This document shows positions 48,044 through 57,431 of a stretch of DNA of 64,000 nucleotides, one piece after another; positions within the stretch are counted from its first letter, which is position 1, and each line of letters opens with the position of its first letter. Both the position numbers and the translations under genes were made by a program. The DNA lies in assembly GCA_964619725.1 (NCBI GenBank), contig CAZUFC010000007.1, forward strand, positions 32,001-96,000, in the 5' to 3' direction. The stretch comes from an uncultured bacterium. GTDB taxonomy: Bacteria > CSSED10-310 > CAZUFC01. Below the pieces are notes generated by a model, which was not told the origin of the DNA, did no database searches, and saw nothing but the letters and a program-made list of their open reading frames with translations.

Positions 48044-50587
48044 CTAAGCAACTTTCTTGCCATACTCGCCGCAGGACTCCTGCAAATACACTGAAACGGC
48101 CTTCCGCCGGGGATAATATCCCTCCCTCAGAAATAATGTTTCACAATATATCGAATTCGGATTCCTGACCGATCCCAGGTTAAAAAATACCCAGCTTAAG
48201 ATATTGTCGATAAATTCTTTTGAAACAAAACCCCTTTTTCGCGTTGATAATATCCTCTCAATGGTCGTTTCCACTCGTTCAAAATCAATCAGTCCGTATT
48301 TCTGATGTTCACGGATGTTTATGTCGTCAATATATTTCAAAACGATATTCTCCGCTCTTCTGTTTTCTTCTGAATCGATGGGGCCGGTTATGAACACCGC
48401 TGCCGAAGCGACTCGAATGAGTTCTTCTACCGCCGCATCACGCAGTTCCACGGGGAGATGCTCCAGGGTGTCGAGACATGTCACGACTTCGAATGAATCG
48501 TCCCTGAATGGAATCCTTTCTGCGCTTCCTATGATGTCAGGTTCATTGCCGATATCTAAACTGATCACATTACGCAAGCCGAATTGCTTCAGCAGATTTC
48601 CCGCGCCTCCCCCTACGTCCAGAACTCTCACCCCATTCATAGGCAATCTACGGATTCTATCGATTGTGTATTCCATCCGCCTGTGACATTCCCAGTAAAA
48701 ATCCTCGTCAGCCGTCTCAATCCTCAAGACTTTTATTCCCCTGATATGATTATCATGCGGATTTACGGCTTCCATGTCCGTGACTTCCAGGAAGGCTTCA
48801 ATCGTTTTTTCGTATGTCGCATCACAGTGGAACTCGAAATGATTCCAACCTTTATGCAGTTCAATCTTTTGACTGTATCGCCCCCAATAAACGATGGCCC
48901 TTTGAACTCCAGCCGCCCGCACGCTGCCTACGTCCATTTTTAACCTGAAAGGTACGCCCGGTCGCGGCGTTTTCAGTTCAAATTTAATTCTCCTGCCCGT
49001 CCACCGGAACATTTCAACGCGATCGAATCCTTCCCATCCTTCGATCATTCCCGTTTCTTCCACACCAGCTTGAATCACACAAGACATCGGTTTGCCGTCG
49101 GAATTCAAACCCCGCCGGAGAAATACGGAATCTTCACTCAAAAGACTTATTTCTGCAAACCTGTACCCGGCGTAAAACGGCTGCTGAGAAATATCCGGAG
49201 GGTAAACGAAATCCGTTACGAATAAGAGGGTATGATTGTTTTTCGGTTTTTCCGGCGAAATCGCACACGCATTTTCAGGCAACCTGATAATGTAGGAGCC
49301 CCAAGTTCTCGCTGCCTTTATTTCTCCGGCCAATTCACCGTTGAAATATATCTCCAGGCGATTTTCGTTTAAATGATCGAAAGGATTAGAAACCATCAAC
49401 TGCAAATATTCGCCTTTTATTCCACCTTTGAAAGTGATTTCCGCCTGTCTGCCCAGGTAACGACAGAAAGCCCCTTCACGACGCAAAGAATACCATCCCG
49501 CTCCCAAACCCTCCTCTTCAATACCCATTAATATCCTTGAATCGCCGCCGACTGCTCCGCTCCTCGAAATCGAAACAGGAGTCTCCAACTCCCTCTCCAA
49601 CTTCTCTTTGACGAAACGCCAAATTTTTGACCCGCCGTTCCCCCCTTTTCGCCTTATTCGATATCGAAGCAGAGCTCCAATTGACAAAAACGTTGATCTC
49701 AGTTCTTCCCATTTCCTTCGCGATTTCTTCGAGTCTCTCTCCCTGGCCGCAGCATCCAGTTTCGTAACCTCTTCCTGGAATATTTCCACCGCAATCTCCC
49801 GCAGCTCTTTCAGAGGATAATTTCGTAAGATAAGCCCCAACCGGTCCTTTATGCTTATCCTTTCCGGTATCCTTTTACCGGCTTCTTTTTCAAGAACTTC
49901 ATCACCCCCTTTCATATAAACGACAGCGGAAGGAACATACGCAACTCTATATCCCTCTTCCCAAAGCCTTAAACATAGATCGACCATTCCGAAACCAAAA
50001 CTGTGTTCTTCTTCAATGAAACCGGTCTTTTCCAGAGCTTTCGTTTTTAATATGAATATCTCCTCAGATACTGAAGCAATATCGCACTCTTCATTTTCGG
50101 CGCCTTCTATGATCTCGCCGCTGCCGCGTTTTTTTATCGATCCATTGCGATAAATATCGGTTCCCTGCGAAAAAATTACGCCGCCCGTGTTCTTCATCAG
50201 CACGCACGGTCCGCAGGCTGCAACTCGATCGTCCCTCTGGAATGCTTGTAAAACGTTATGCAACCAATCCGGGGAAATTTCCAGACGGTTGTCGGCATAA
50301 ACCACATAATCGAATCCCATTTGCAACGCTCGCTTTAAGCTTTCGTTCAAGGTCCCTTTTGATGATGCACATGCGGGGTCAAAGCAGATTCTCGAATTTC
50401 TATGCAAAACGCCATTGTCCGGGATTCTTTTCCCCTTCTCCGATATAATCGAAATTTTCCTGTTCGGATAATCGATCTTCCTCAATGACCGGATCAAATC
50501 CGCCGTGTTCTTGTCCTTGCCCCTATTTACAGTCAGAAACCATACCCACGGCTTCTCTGCTTTTGTGCTCATATCAGTCCCCGTCAA
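48044..50587 (-). CDS. Degenerate GT2 domain, two accessory domains and a class I methyltransferase fused
   Basis: Paralogous to 46032-47930; C-terminal VLDVGGG, IPFRDDSFEVVTCLDTLEHL. Confidence 0.85.
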   Translation of the reverse strand: MTGTDMSTKAEKPWVWFLTVNRGKDKNTADLIRSLRKIDYPNRKISIISEKGKRIPDNGVLHRNSRICFDPACASSKGTLNESLKRALQMGFDYVVYADNRLEISPDWLHNVLQAFQRDDRVAACGPCVLMKNTGGVIFSQGTDIYRNGSIKKRGSGEIIEGAENEECDIASVSEEIFILKTKALEKTGFIEEEHSFGFGMVDLCLRLWEEGYRVAYVPSAVVYMKGGDEVLEKEAGKRIPERISIKDRLGLILRNYPLKELREIAVEIFQEEVTKLDAAARERDSKKSRRKWEELRSTFLSIGALLRYRIRRKGGNGGSKIWRFVKEKLERELETPVSISRSGAVGGDSRILMGIEEEGLGAGWYSLRREGAFCRYLGRQAEITFKGGIKGEYLQLMVSNPFDHLNENRLEIYFNGELAGEIKAARTWGSYIIRLPENACAISPEKPKNNHTLLFVTDFVYPPDISQQPFYAGYRFAEISLLSEDSVFLRRGLNSDGKPMSCVIQAGVEETGMIEGWEGFDRVEMFRWTGRRIKFELKTPRPGVPFRLKMDVGSVRAAGVQRAIVYWGRYSQKIELHKGWNHFEFHCDATYEKTIEAFLEVTDMEAVNPHDNHIRGIKVLRIETADEDFYWECHRRMEYTIDRIRRLPMNGVRVLDVGGGAGNLLKQFGLRNVISLDIGNEPDIIGSAERIPFRDDSFEVVTCLDTLEHLPVELRDAAVEELIRVASAAVFITGPIDSEENRRAENIVLKYIDDINIREHQKYGLIDFERVETTIERILSTRKRGFVSKEFIDNILSWVFFNLGSVRNPNSIYCETLFLREGYYPRRKAVSVYLQESCGEYGKKVA

Positions 50588-50659
50588 TCACAACAACCGT
50601 CGACGAATCGATTATGCCCCCGCTCCCCCGAAGCCGGCGGCAGTCAAAAAAACGTTGAA

Positions 50660-50673
50660 GTCAAAAAATTGAC
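50660..50673. promoter_or_regulatory. FleQ-box-like palindrome
   Basis: GTCAAAAAATTGAC within AAGTCAA-N4-TTGACTT, upstream of the first GT gene. Confidence 0.55.
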
Positions 50674-50709
50674 TTTCCTCTTATGGTATGTCGTCCATTT
50701 CATGCTTCG

Positions 50710-51330
50710 CTAATCGAATCGGAGTCTCTGAATCCTGATGTTCCCGGTTTCCAGACCCTTTATTGATTCGTATATCTCTTTCTGATAGCCCAGCGAAGTT
50801 ATGATGACCACATCAGGGTCCAGAATCTCAATCTGATCAGGCGACAATATCTGCCGTCCCGAAAAATAACGTCCCTGCTTTTTCTTATCGCTGTCCACAA
50901 CGCCTACAACTTTCAATCCCATCTCTTCAACCGCATTTATTATCACTTCCGCCGTGTCCCCGGCGCCGAACAACACCACACGGCTTAAATTAGTCCTGTT
51001 GAAATTCAGAAATATCCTGCTGAATTCCGATTTCGCCTCCTTGTATAAACGAATAGTCTCAAGCAAATACTCCAGAAATAACTCGTTCTTCCGGTTCATT
51101 CCCCTCTTCGTCAGATGATAGGTCCGCGTTTTGTGATTCGATCCGCCGAACTCGATTATCCCATCTTCAGAAAGCCTTTTTATATAACGATTAACCATCG
51201 ACGGCGCCAGATGTATTCGCCGGGCCAGCCTTTCCTGGCTGATCGTCCCGTCGTCCGCTATCAGCTTCAATAAATTGAGTTCTTTAAGTTTGGGGGCGCC
51301 TTGCAGAAATGTTTTGCTTGTGTTAGCCAT
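50710..51330 (-). CDS. Winged-helix (MarR-like) regulator with C-terminal Rossmann-like domain
   Basis: ISQERLARRIHLAPSMVNRYIKRL..YHLTKRG; VVLFGAG; start MANTSK at 51330, downstream of the promoter. Confidence 0.85.
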   Translation of the reverse strand: MANTSKTFLQGAPKLKELNLLKLIADDGTISQERLARRIHLAPSMVNRYIKRLSEDGIIEFGGSNHKTRTYHLTKRGMNRKNELFLEYLLETIRLYKEAKSEFSRIFLNFNRTNLSRVVLFGAGDTAEVIINAVEEMGLKVVGVVDSDKKKQGRYFSGRQILSPDQIEILDPDVVIITSLGYQKEIYESIKGLETGNIRIQRLRFD

Positions 51331-51383
51331 ATTGTGTGCTTCCCGGTCAAATTCCGTCCTCTTTTGGACAGAACATATCATGA

Positions 51384-51400
51384 GGCAAATTTCATGCCGG
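51384..51400 (-). promoter_or_regulatory. Sigma54 promoter facing the glycosylation island
   Basis: CCGGCATGAAATTTGCC (GG-N10-GC). Confidence 0.75.
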
Positions 51401-51413
51401 ATTCTCGGTTCCT

Positions 51414-51430
51414 TCGGCATAATATTTGCT
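51414..51430 (+). promoter_or_regulatory. Sigma54 promoter facing the TPR gene
   Basis: TCGGCATAATATTTGCT (GG-N10-GC). Confidence 0.8.
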
Positions 51431-51461
51431 CCCTCCTCTCCGGGTGACTGGAGAACCGACT

Positions 51462-53264
51462 ATGAATCGAAACAGCCGAAAATTAATATTCGCCGCCGCA
51501 GCCATGGCATGCCTTATCTTTCGTAATGACGAACGTTTATTGGGCATGCGCCTTCAGGACAAAATTGAAGAGGGAATATCACTGATGGAAAGCGGTGATC
51601 TTTTTGAGGCTACTTTCATGTTCCAGAACATCATTGAGAACGATGCGGATGATCCTGAATCGGTCGAAGCTTTGTTTTACCTCGGAAAAATATATTTTAA
51701 AAGTCAGGCTTATGAAAAATGCGTCAGCGTCTTTTCGCGGTTCCTCGAAAAATCGTCCGACGAAACCAAGGTCCATGAAGCGGCGCGGCTGGCGGCCAAA
51801 AGCCTCTACCTGATGAAAAAATATGAAGCCGCAGCGATTCAATTCGAATCTACGCTCAGCGTCAAAAAAATGGACGCCGGTATCCCCCTGGAAACATACA
51901 AAATGTGGGCCGACAGTCATTTTAAAACGGAAAACTATCAGGAAGCGGAAAAAATTTACAGGGCGATCTACGAAAAAATGCTGCTGGAAGATTCTGAAAA
52001 TCCCGATATTCTGCCCATTCGCTTCAAACTGGCGGATTGCTGTCGAAATGAAGGCGAACTGGACCAGGCTTTCATTCATTATGAAGATATATATTACCTT
52101 GCTGAAGAGGATGAACTGCGGAATCGGGCTTCACTGGGAAAAGCGAAAATACTGATTAAAATTCAAACTCGAAAAGGAAAAAAACAGAGAAGCGATTATG
52201 CTGTATCCACCGATATCCTGGAATCTTTAATTCAAAAGACCGGTTATCCTGAAATACAATCTGATGCTCTCATAACGCTGATCGAACTCCAATGGATGCT
52301 GGATTCGCCCGCAGATGCTTTCACTCTTACAAAAAAACTCTTTGAAAATTTTCCTCCACAGGACCTGCCCCCATCCTTTCTCAAACGCTTCCATGAAGAA
52401 TTCGACCAATATATCCGAAATTTATTCGATCACGACAACATGCTGCTCATACTGAAGTATCTCGATGAATTTCACTCATTTGAAACTCTCTCCTTCCAGT
52501 TGAATCCATGGTGTTTCGATGTTCTAAGGAATCTGCTCGAAACGCGACGCTATGAAATGGCCTCACAACTACTGAAAGAATTCCGTAATTATAACGCTGC
52601 AGAAGATGAACGGCAGTCTTTGAATTTGTATTCTTCGCTTTTATCTTGCGCCCGTAACAAATGCGATGAACTCACAGAACTTCAGAAAATGCAATTGAAA
52701 AATCCTCCGCGTAATACATTAATATGGGCCTTACCCCTGGTTTATGTCTGCGATATCAAGCCGGAATTGCCTGATTTTGACGAAATAAAAGAATTGAATG
52801 AAGAGCAGGATTATATAATTGAGCGCGTTATGAAAACGGCAGATAAAGCTTTTATTGATGAGGATTGGAATTATGCCGTCCTGCTCAACGAATGGCTCCT
52901 GAATTCCGGATTAATCTCTCTCGACGACGAGGAAACTCAAGATATTTACCTGCAGTTGTCGATTGCTTATCTGGAATTGGATTTTCCGGAAAATTCGCGC
53001 TTTCTGCTTTTTGAGGAAGCGACTGCGGCAGGTCTTGCAAACGACGCCGCAACGGAACAATGGCGCATTTATTTTCGGACTTTCAAAAATACGGATGACC
53101 GGAATGGTTCCTCCGATAAGGCTCAAAATCTTGACGAAAGGTGGTTTGCGGATATTCTGAAGTGGAATGAAGAATATGAAAATTTTATGGAAAGATGGAA
53201 GAGGGAATGGGGCGAGATCAATACATTTTATGAAACGAAGGAAGATTCAGAGGAAAAAGAATAA
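51462..53264 (+). CDS. Exported or membrane-anchored TPR protein
   Basis: Basic/hydrophobic N-terminus; ALFYLGKIYF and further TPRs; GGAG RBS before ATG 51462. Confidence 0.8.
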   Translation: MNRNSRKLIFAAAAMACLIFRNDERLLGMRLQDKIEEGISLMESGDLFEATFMFQNIIENDADDPESVEALFYLGKIYFKSQAYEKCVSVFSRFLEKSSDETKVHEAARLAAKSLYLMKKYEAAAIQFESTLSVKKMDAGIPLETYKMWADSHFKTENYQEAEKIYRAIYEKMLLEDSENPDILPIRFKLADCCRNEGELDQAFIHYEDIYYLAEEDELRNRASLGKAKILIKIQTRKGKKQRSDYAVSTDILESLIQKTGYPEIQSDALITLIELQWMLDSPADAFTLTKKLFENFPPQDLPPSFLKRFHEEFDQYIRNLFDHDNMLLILKYLDEFHSFETLSFQLNPWCFDVLRNLLETRRYEMASQLLKEFRNYNAAEDERQSLNLYSSLLSCARNKCDELTELQKMQLKNPPRNTLIWALPLVYVCDIKPELPDFDEIKELNEEQDYIIERVMKTADKAFIDEDWNYAVLLNEWLLNSGLISLDDEETQDIYLQLSIAYLELDFPENSRFLLFEEATAAGLANDAATEQWRIYFRTFKNTDDRNGSSDKAQNLDERWFADILKWNEEYENFMERWKREWGEINTFYETKEDSEEKE

Positions 53265-53345
53265 GGAATTTGTCCGAAATGGAACATCAGAACGATAGAC
53301 AGCGTAAAAACTGCAATTTATTCGGACACACCGGCCTGAAATTTT

Positions 53346-53362
53346 CGGGCGCTGATTTTGCT
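53346..53362 (+). promoter_or_regulatory. Sigma54 promoter upstream of flgB
   Basis: CGGGCGCTGATTTTGCT (GG-N10-GC). Confidence 0.72.
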
Positions 53363-53422
53363 ACATCGGTAGGAGGGGAAAAAACTTTAGTTTTTTTTTC
53401 CTGAAAGAAACGAGAGGGAAAC

Positions 53423-53806
53423 ATGAGCAATATTGACGGAAATCTTGATATGCTGGGGGCTTTGATGGATCGCTGTGCGGTCAGGAGCAGAGTTCTGGCC
53501 GGCAACATCGCCAATATGGACACTCCCGGTTACAAGGCAAAAGACGTCGTATTCAAGGAAGTATTGGAAAAGGTGGTTGACAGGGATTCGGATATGCGAA
53601 TCGGACGCGACCGGCAGATCAGATATAAAATGAAATATAAGCCGGAAATAGTTGAAAAAACGGCTGATCCCCGGCCTGACGGAAACACGGTCAAAGCGGA
53701 CCAGGAGATGGTGAAATTTTCATCCAACGCCATTACGTTCATGACCGCATTGCGCTTGTATTCCATGAAATCGAACATTTTGAAAATTGCAATCAAAGGC
53801 GGATAA
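53423..53806 (+). CDS. flgB: Rod protein FlgB
   Basis: NIANMDTPGYKAKD, DGNTV. Confidence 0.95.
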   Translation: MSNIDGNLDMLGALMDRCAVRSRVLAGNIANMDTPGYKAKDVVFKEVLEKVVDRDSDMRIGRDRQIRYKMKYKPEIVEKTADPRPDGNTVKADQEMVKFSSNAITFMTALRLYSMKSNILKIAIKGG

Positions 53807-53811
53807 ATATC

Positions 53812-54246
53812 ATGAAACTGTTTGACGTAATGAAAATAGCCGGCACGGGCTTGACAGCGCAAAGAAAACGAATGGAAGTTTCTGCCTCAAACCTGGCCAA
53901 TGTAGACACTATAAAAACGGCAGGCGGAGGGCCCTACAAAAAAAAGCACGTCATTTTTGAAACTGCGCCGGTCAATGATTTCAGAGATTTTTTGAGTTCG
54001 GAAATCGACAAGGAAATCTCCGGGGTCAGAATCCGGGGAATCCGGGAAAATAACTCTCAACCTCTTATGAAATATGAACCCGGTCATCCTGAAGCCAATG
54101 CAGAAGGATATGTTGCCTATCCGGCCATTGAACCGGTCGATGAAATGATCGACGTCATGTCTGCCTCCCGATCTTACGAGGCTAACGTCTCCGTTATAGA
54201 AACCATGAAAAAACTGGCTGTAAGAATACTGGAAATAGGACGATGA
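53812..54246 (+). CDS. flgC: Rod protein FlgC
   Basis: NLANVDT..GGPY, YEPGHPEAN, ASRSYEAN. Confidence 0.96.
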   Translation: MKLFDVMKIAGTGLTAQRKRMEVSASNLANVDTIKTAGGGPYKKKHVIFETAPVNDFRDFLSSEIDKEISGVRIRGIRENNSQPLMKYEPGHPEANAEGYVAYPAIEPVDEMIDVMSASRSYEANVSVIETMKKLAVRILEIGR

Positions 54247-54302
54247 TCCATCGTTCTCACGTGAAAATCATTAACGGCCTGTGATCTCAAAAGGAGTGTC
54301 AT

Positions 54303-54611
54303 TTGAAAGCGGATATTTCAATCAAAGGTCCCCTTAAAAATCAATTTCTGTCTGATTCGGCCGGTCCTTCAAAAAATTCTTCCGAGAAGAAGACGCCGTT
54401 TGCAGACCTGTTGAAGTCCTCCATCGAGCATGTCGACGATATGCAACAAAATGCCGACCAGGCCATACAGGATTTTGTTGAAGGAAACGTCAAAGATGTC
54501 CATCAAACTCTCCTGGCCGTCAACAAAGCCGATATTTCCTTTAGGACTATGCTCGAAATAAGAAACAAAGTCATCCGCGCTTATGAAGAAATAATGAGGA
54601 TGCCGATTTGA
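54303..54611 (+). CDS. fliE: Hook-basal body protein FliE
   Basis: IRNKVIRAYEEIMRMPI. Confidence 0.95.
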   Translation: MKADISIKGPLKNQFLSDSAGPSKNSSEKKTPFADLLKSSIEHVDDMQQNADQAIQDFVEGNVKDVHQTLLAVNKADISFRTMLEIRNKVIRAYEEIMRMPI

Positions 54612-54696
54612 CGGCGGTGAGATTATGGAAAACATTTTATCGAGTATGTGCACGGCCGCGCCTGAAGCGAACTGATGCTGAAAGGGAATGCTCTGA

Positions 54697-56415
54697 ATGC
54701 CTGATATAAAAGCTTCTTTCAATAAAATTTATGAACAGTTCAACCAGTTCTGGGATTCGCTTAGCACAGGCAAGAAGGTCACGCTGATCGCGGCCGGCAT
54801 CCTGCTGCCCCTTGCCGTCGTTACTCTCGTGGTGATGGCGAATAAAACCTCATTCCACTTGCTCTATTCGCAACTGCCCCAGGAAGACGCTTCCTACATA
54901 GTGGAACAACTGCAGAACGACGGTATTCCCTATGAGCTCTCTCCGACCGGATCGGCAATCTACGTTCCTGAAAATCAGGTGGCATCCGTTCGATTGAGCC
55001 TGGCCGGACAGGGATTGCCCAAAGGCGGCGCCGTCGGTTTCGAATTATTCGACAGTCAAAGTTACCTCATGTCCGATTTCGTCCAGGAGCTGAACTACAG
55101 ACGAGCGCTGGAAGGCGAACTCGCCCGGACTATTCAGCAGATGTCGGAAATCGCTCAGGCCCGCATACATATCGTTCTGCCGGAAGATTCCCTGTTCGCT
55201 GATAAACAGTCGCCGGCCAAAGCGTCCGTAGTCGTTACCCTCAACAACGGAAGAAGACTGAACAATGAAGAAGTTCAAAGCATTACCTATCTCGTTTCCA
55301 GCGCTGTTAAAGATTTGATGCCGGAAAACGTCACGATCGTCGATACGCAAGGGCGAATCCTCTCCACAGAAAATCAGTCCTCCTGGAATTCAAATGTTTC
55401 CATGACCCGCCTCGAATTCCGTCAAAATTTTGAACAATACCTCAAGCAAAAAGTCCTCTCCTTGCTCGAACCGCTTGTCGGCAACGGCAGGGCTTTCGTC
55501 CAGGTCTCCGCAGAAATAGACTTCAACCAGGAGGAAAGAACCCTGGAACAATATGACCCGGAAAAAACAGCGGTTAGAAGCTCGACCAAAACAGAAGAAA
55601 AATCCGTAGGCGATGCAAACACGGGGGGCGTTCCCGGCACTGCTTCAAATCCAGGGCTCCAGCCGGGGCAGAACGCGGCCGCAACCTTGAATCAAAAACA
55701 GAATGAAACCGTCGAATACGAGGTTTCTAAAGCTATCATTCACAAATTGATTCCGGGCGGCCTCATTACAAAATTGTCTGTCGCTGCCTTATTAGATGAT
55801 GCAGATTATGTGGACGACCAGGGTAAAACGGTTCATGTGCCCAGAAAACCTGAAGAATTAAGTAAAATAGAGGAATTGATCAAAAAAGCCGTCGGATATG
55901 ATGAAGAAAGAGGAGACCAGGTTATCGTTCAAAATATTTCTATTCCGAGCGCAGCAAAGACCGCAGGACTGGGGCCGATGGATGAATCAGGCGAATCTAT
56001 CGTCAGCTATATCGTTTGGGGAGGCATCTTTTTCGTATTCCTGATCTTGCTCCTCTTAATCGTTAAAACCCTGCGGAAAGTCTCTTCACTTAAATATTCC
56101 CATGCCGCCTCCTTGCCCGCCCCGCCTTCAAGCGCTGCACTCCCGGGAAGCCACCAGGAAAGCGATCCTGATACCGCGGCAACAGGTGCATTCGCTTCCG
56201 ACGAAAGTCTGCCGCAAAACGAACTTGCGGACGGCGAACAGGAATTAAAGGAAATGCTTCAGAAAAAACAGGAAATTAATCCTCAAAAAGAACTCGTAGC
56301 CCGTTATCAAACTTTCAGAAAAGATATTCTGAATAAAGTGCAGACCGATCCGCAAACCGTCGGAACTCTCTTGAAAGCCTGGATGGAGGAATTGGACAAG
56401 GAGGAGGTTGAATAA
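54697..56415 (+). CDS. fliF: MS-ring protein
   Basis: GFELFD, RALEGELARTI, ASVVV, GGVPG; two TMs. Confidence 0.96.
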   Translation: MPDIKASFNKIYEQFNQFWDSLSTGKKVTLIAAGILLPLAVVTLVVMANKTSFHLLYSQLPQEDASYIVEQLQNDGIPYELSPTGSAIYVPENQVASVRLSLAGQGLPKGGAVGFELFDSQSYLMSDFVQELNYRRALEGELARTIQQMSEIAQARIHIVLPEDSLFADKQSPAKASVVVTLNNGRRLNNEEVQSITYLVSSAVKDLMPENVTIVDTQGRILSTENQSSWNSNVSMTRLEFRQNFEQYLKQKVLSLLEPLVGNGRAFVQVSAEIDFNQEERTLEQYDPEKTAVRSSTKTEEKSVGDANTGGVPGTASNPGLQPGQNAAATLNQKQNETVEYEVSKAIIHKLIPGGLITKLSVAALLDDADYVDDQGKTVHVPRKPEELSKIEELIKKAVGYDEERGDQVIVQNISIPSAAKTAGLGPMDESGESIVSYIVWGGIFFVFLILLLLIVKTLRKVSSLKYSHAASLPAPPSSAALPGSHQESDPDTAATGAFASDESLPQNELADGEQELKEMLQKKQEINPQKELVARYQTFRKDILNKVQTDPQTVGTLLKAWMEELDKEEVE

Positions 56416-57431
56416 TGAACGAGTATGATTCCCTGACCAACCTGCAAAAAGCCGCAATCCTCATGATCATCCTGGGTGAACAACCATCCAGCAAAGTTCT
56501 GCAATACCTTCGACGAGAAGAGATTGAACTGATTTCTGAAGAAATTTCCAAGATAGATACTGTTCCTCCGCAAATCGGCGAAAAAGTCCTCGAAGAATTC
56601 AAGGAAATTCTGCATTCGCAGGAAATTTATATTAAAGGCGGCATGGACTACGCCCGTAAAGTTCTGCTTATGTCCCTGGATTCCTCCGGATCGGAATCGG
56701 GCAGCAGCCAGGTTAAATCCGCATATAAACGCTTTTTCAGTATGGAAATATTGAAAAAAATGTCGCCGAAACAATTAGCCGACACCATCGTTAATGAGAA
56801 TCCTCAGACCATCGCAGTTATCCTGTCGCACATGAATCATAACGCGGCCGCTGAAACCTTGTCCCATCTGCCTGACGGCCTTCGTTCGGACGTCATTCAA
56901 AGAATTGCGAATCTCGAAGGCATATCATCGGAAATTCTGGAAGGCATTTCCCGCACCTTAAAAAAGAAATCAGCCAGCGCCGTAAGCGTCGAAACTGAAG
57001 CTACCGGAGGCCTGGAAGCCGTCGTTCAATTATTCAACCGCCTCGACAATGCGACTTCCAAAAAAATACTTAAGAAAATCGAAGAAACCGATTCTCAACT
57101 GGCCACCAATATAAAAGAAAAATTGCTTGTCTTCGAAGACATCATGAATTTCAGCGATTTCGCCATCAGAAAAATCGTGGAAAATGTCGATAAAAAACTT
57201 CTGACCAAAGCGCTCAAAGGAACACCTCCGGAACTTCAGGAAAAAATTTTCAACAACATCTCCCAGCGCGCCGCTACGCTGGTTAAAGAAGAAATGGAAT
57301 TGATGGGGCCCGTGAGGCTTAAGGACGTCGAAGATGCTCAGAAGGAAATACTGAACGTCATAAGAAAACTTGAAGAAGCGAATGAAATTTCCGTGAACGA
57401 TTCAGAAGGAGCGAACGAGCTTGTCTTTTAA
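56415..57431 (+). CDS. fliG: Motor switch protein
   Basis: KAAILM, ENPQTIA, VFEDI, GPVRLKDVEDAQ. Confidence 0.96.
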   Translation: MNEYDSLTNLQKAAILMIILGEQPSSKVLQYLRREEIELISEEISKIDTVPPQIGEKVLEEFKEILHSQEIYIKGGMDYARKVLLMSLDSSGSESGSSQVKSAYKRFFSMEILKKMSPKQLADTIVNENPQTIAVILSHMNHNAAAETLSHLPDGLRSDVIQRIANLEGISSEILEGISRTLKKKSASAVSVETEATGGLEAVVQLFNRLDNATSKKILKKIEETDSQLATNIKEKLLVFEDIMNFSDFAIRKIVENVDKKLLTKALKGTPPELQEKIFNNISQRAATLVKEEMELMGPVRLKDVEDAQKEILNVIRKLEEANEISVNDSEGANELVF

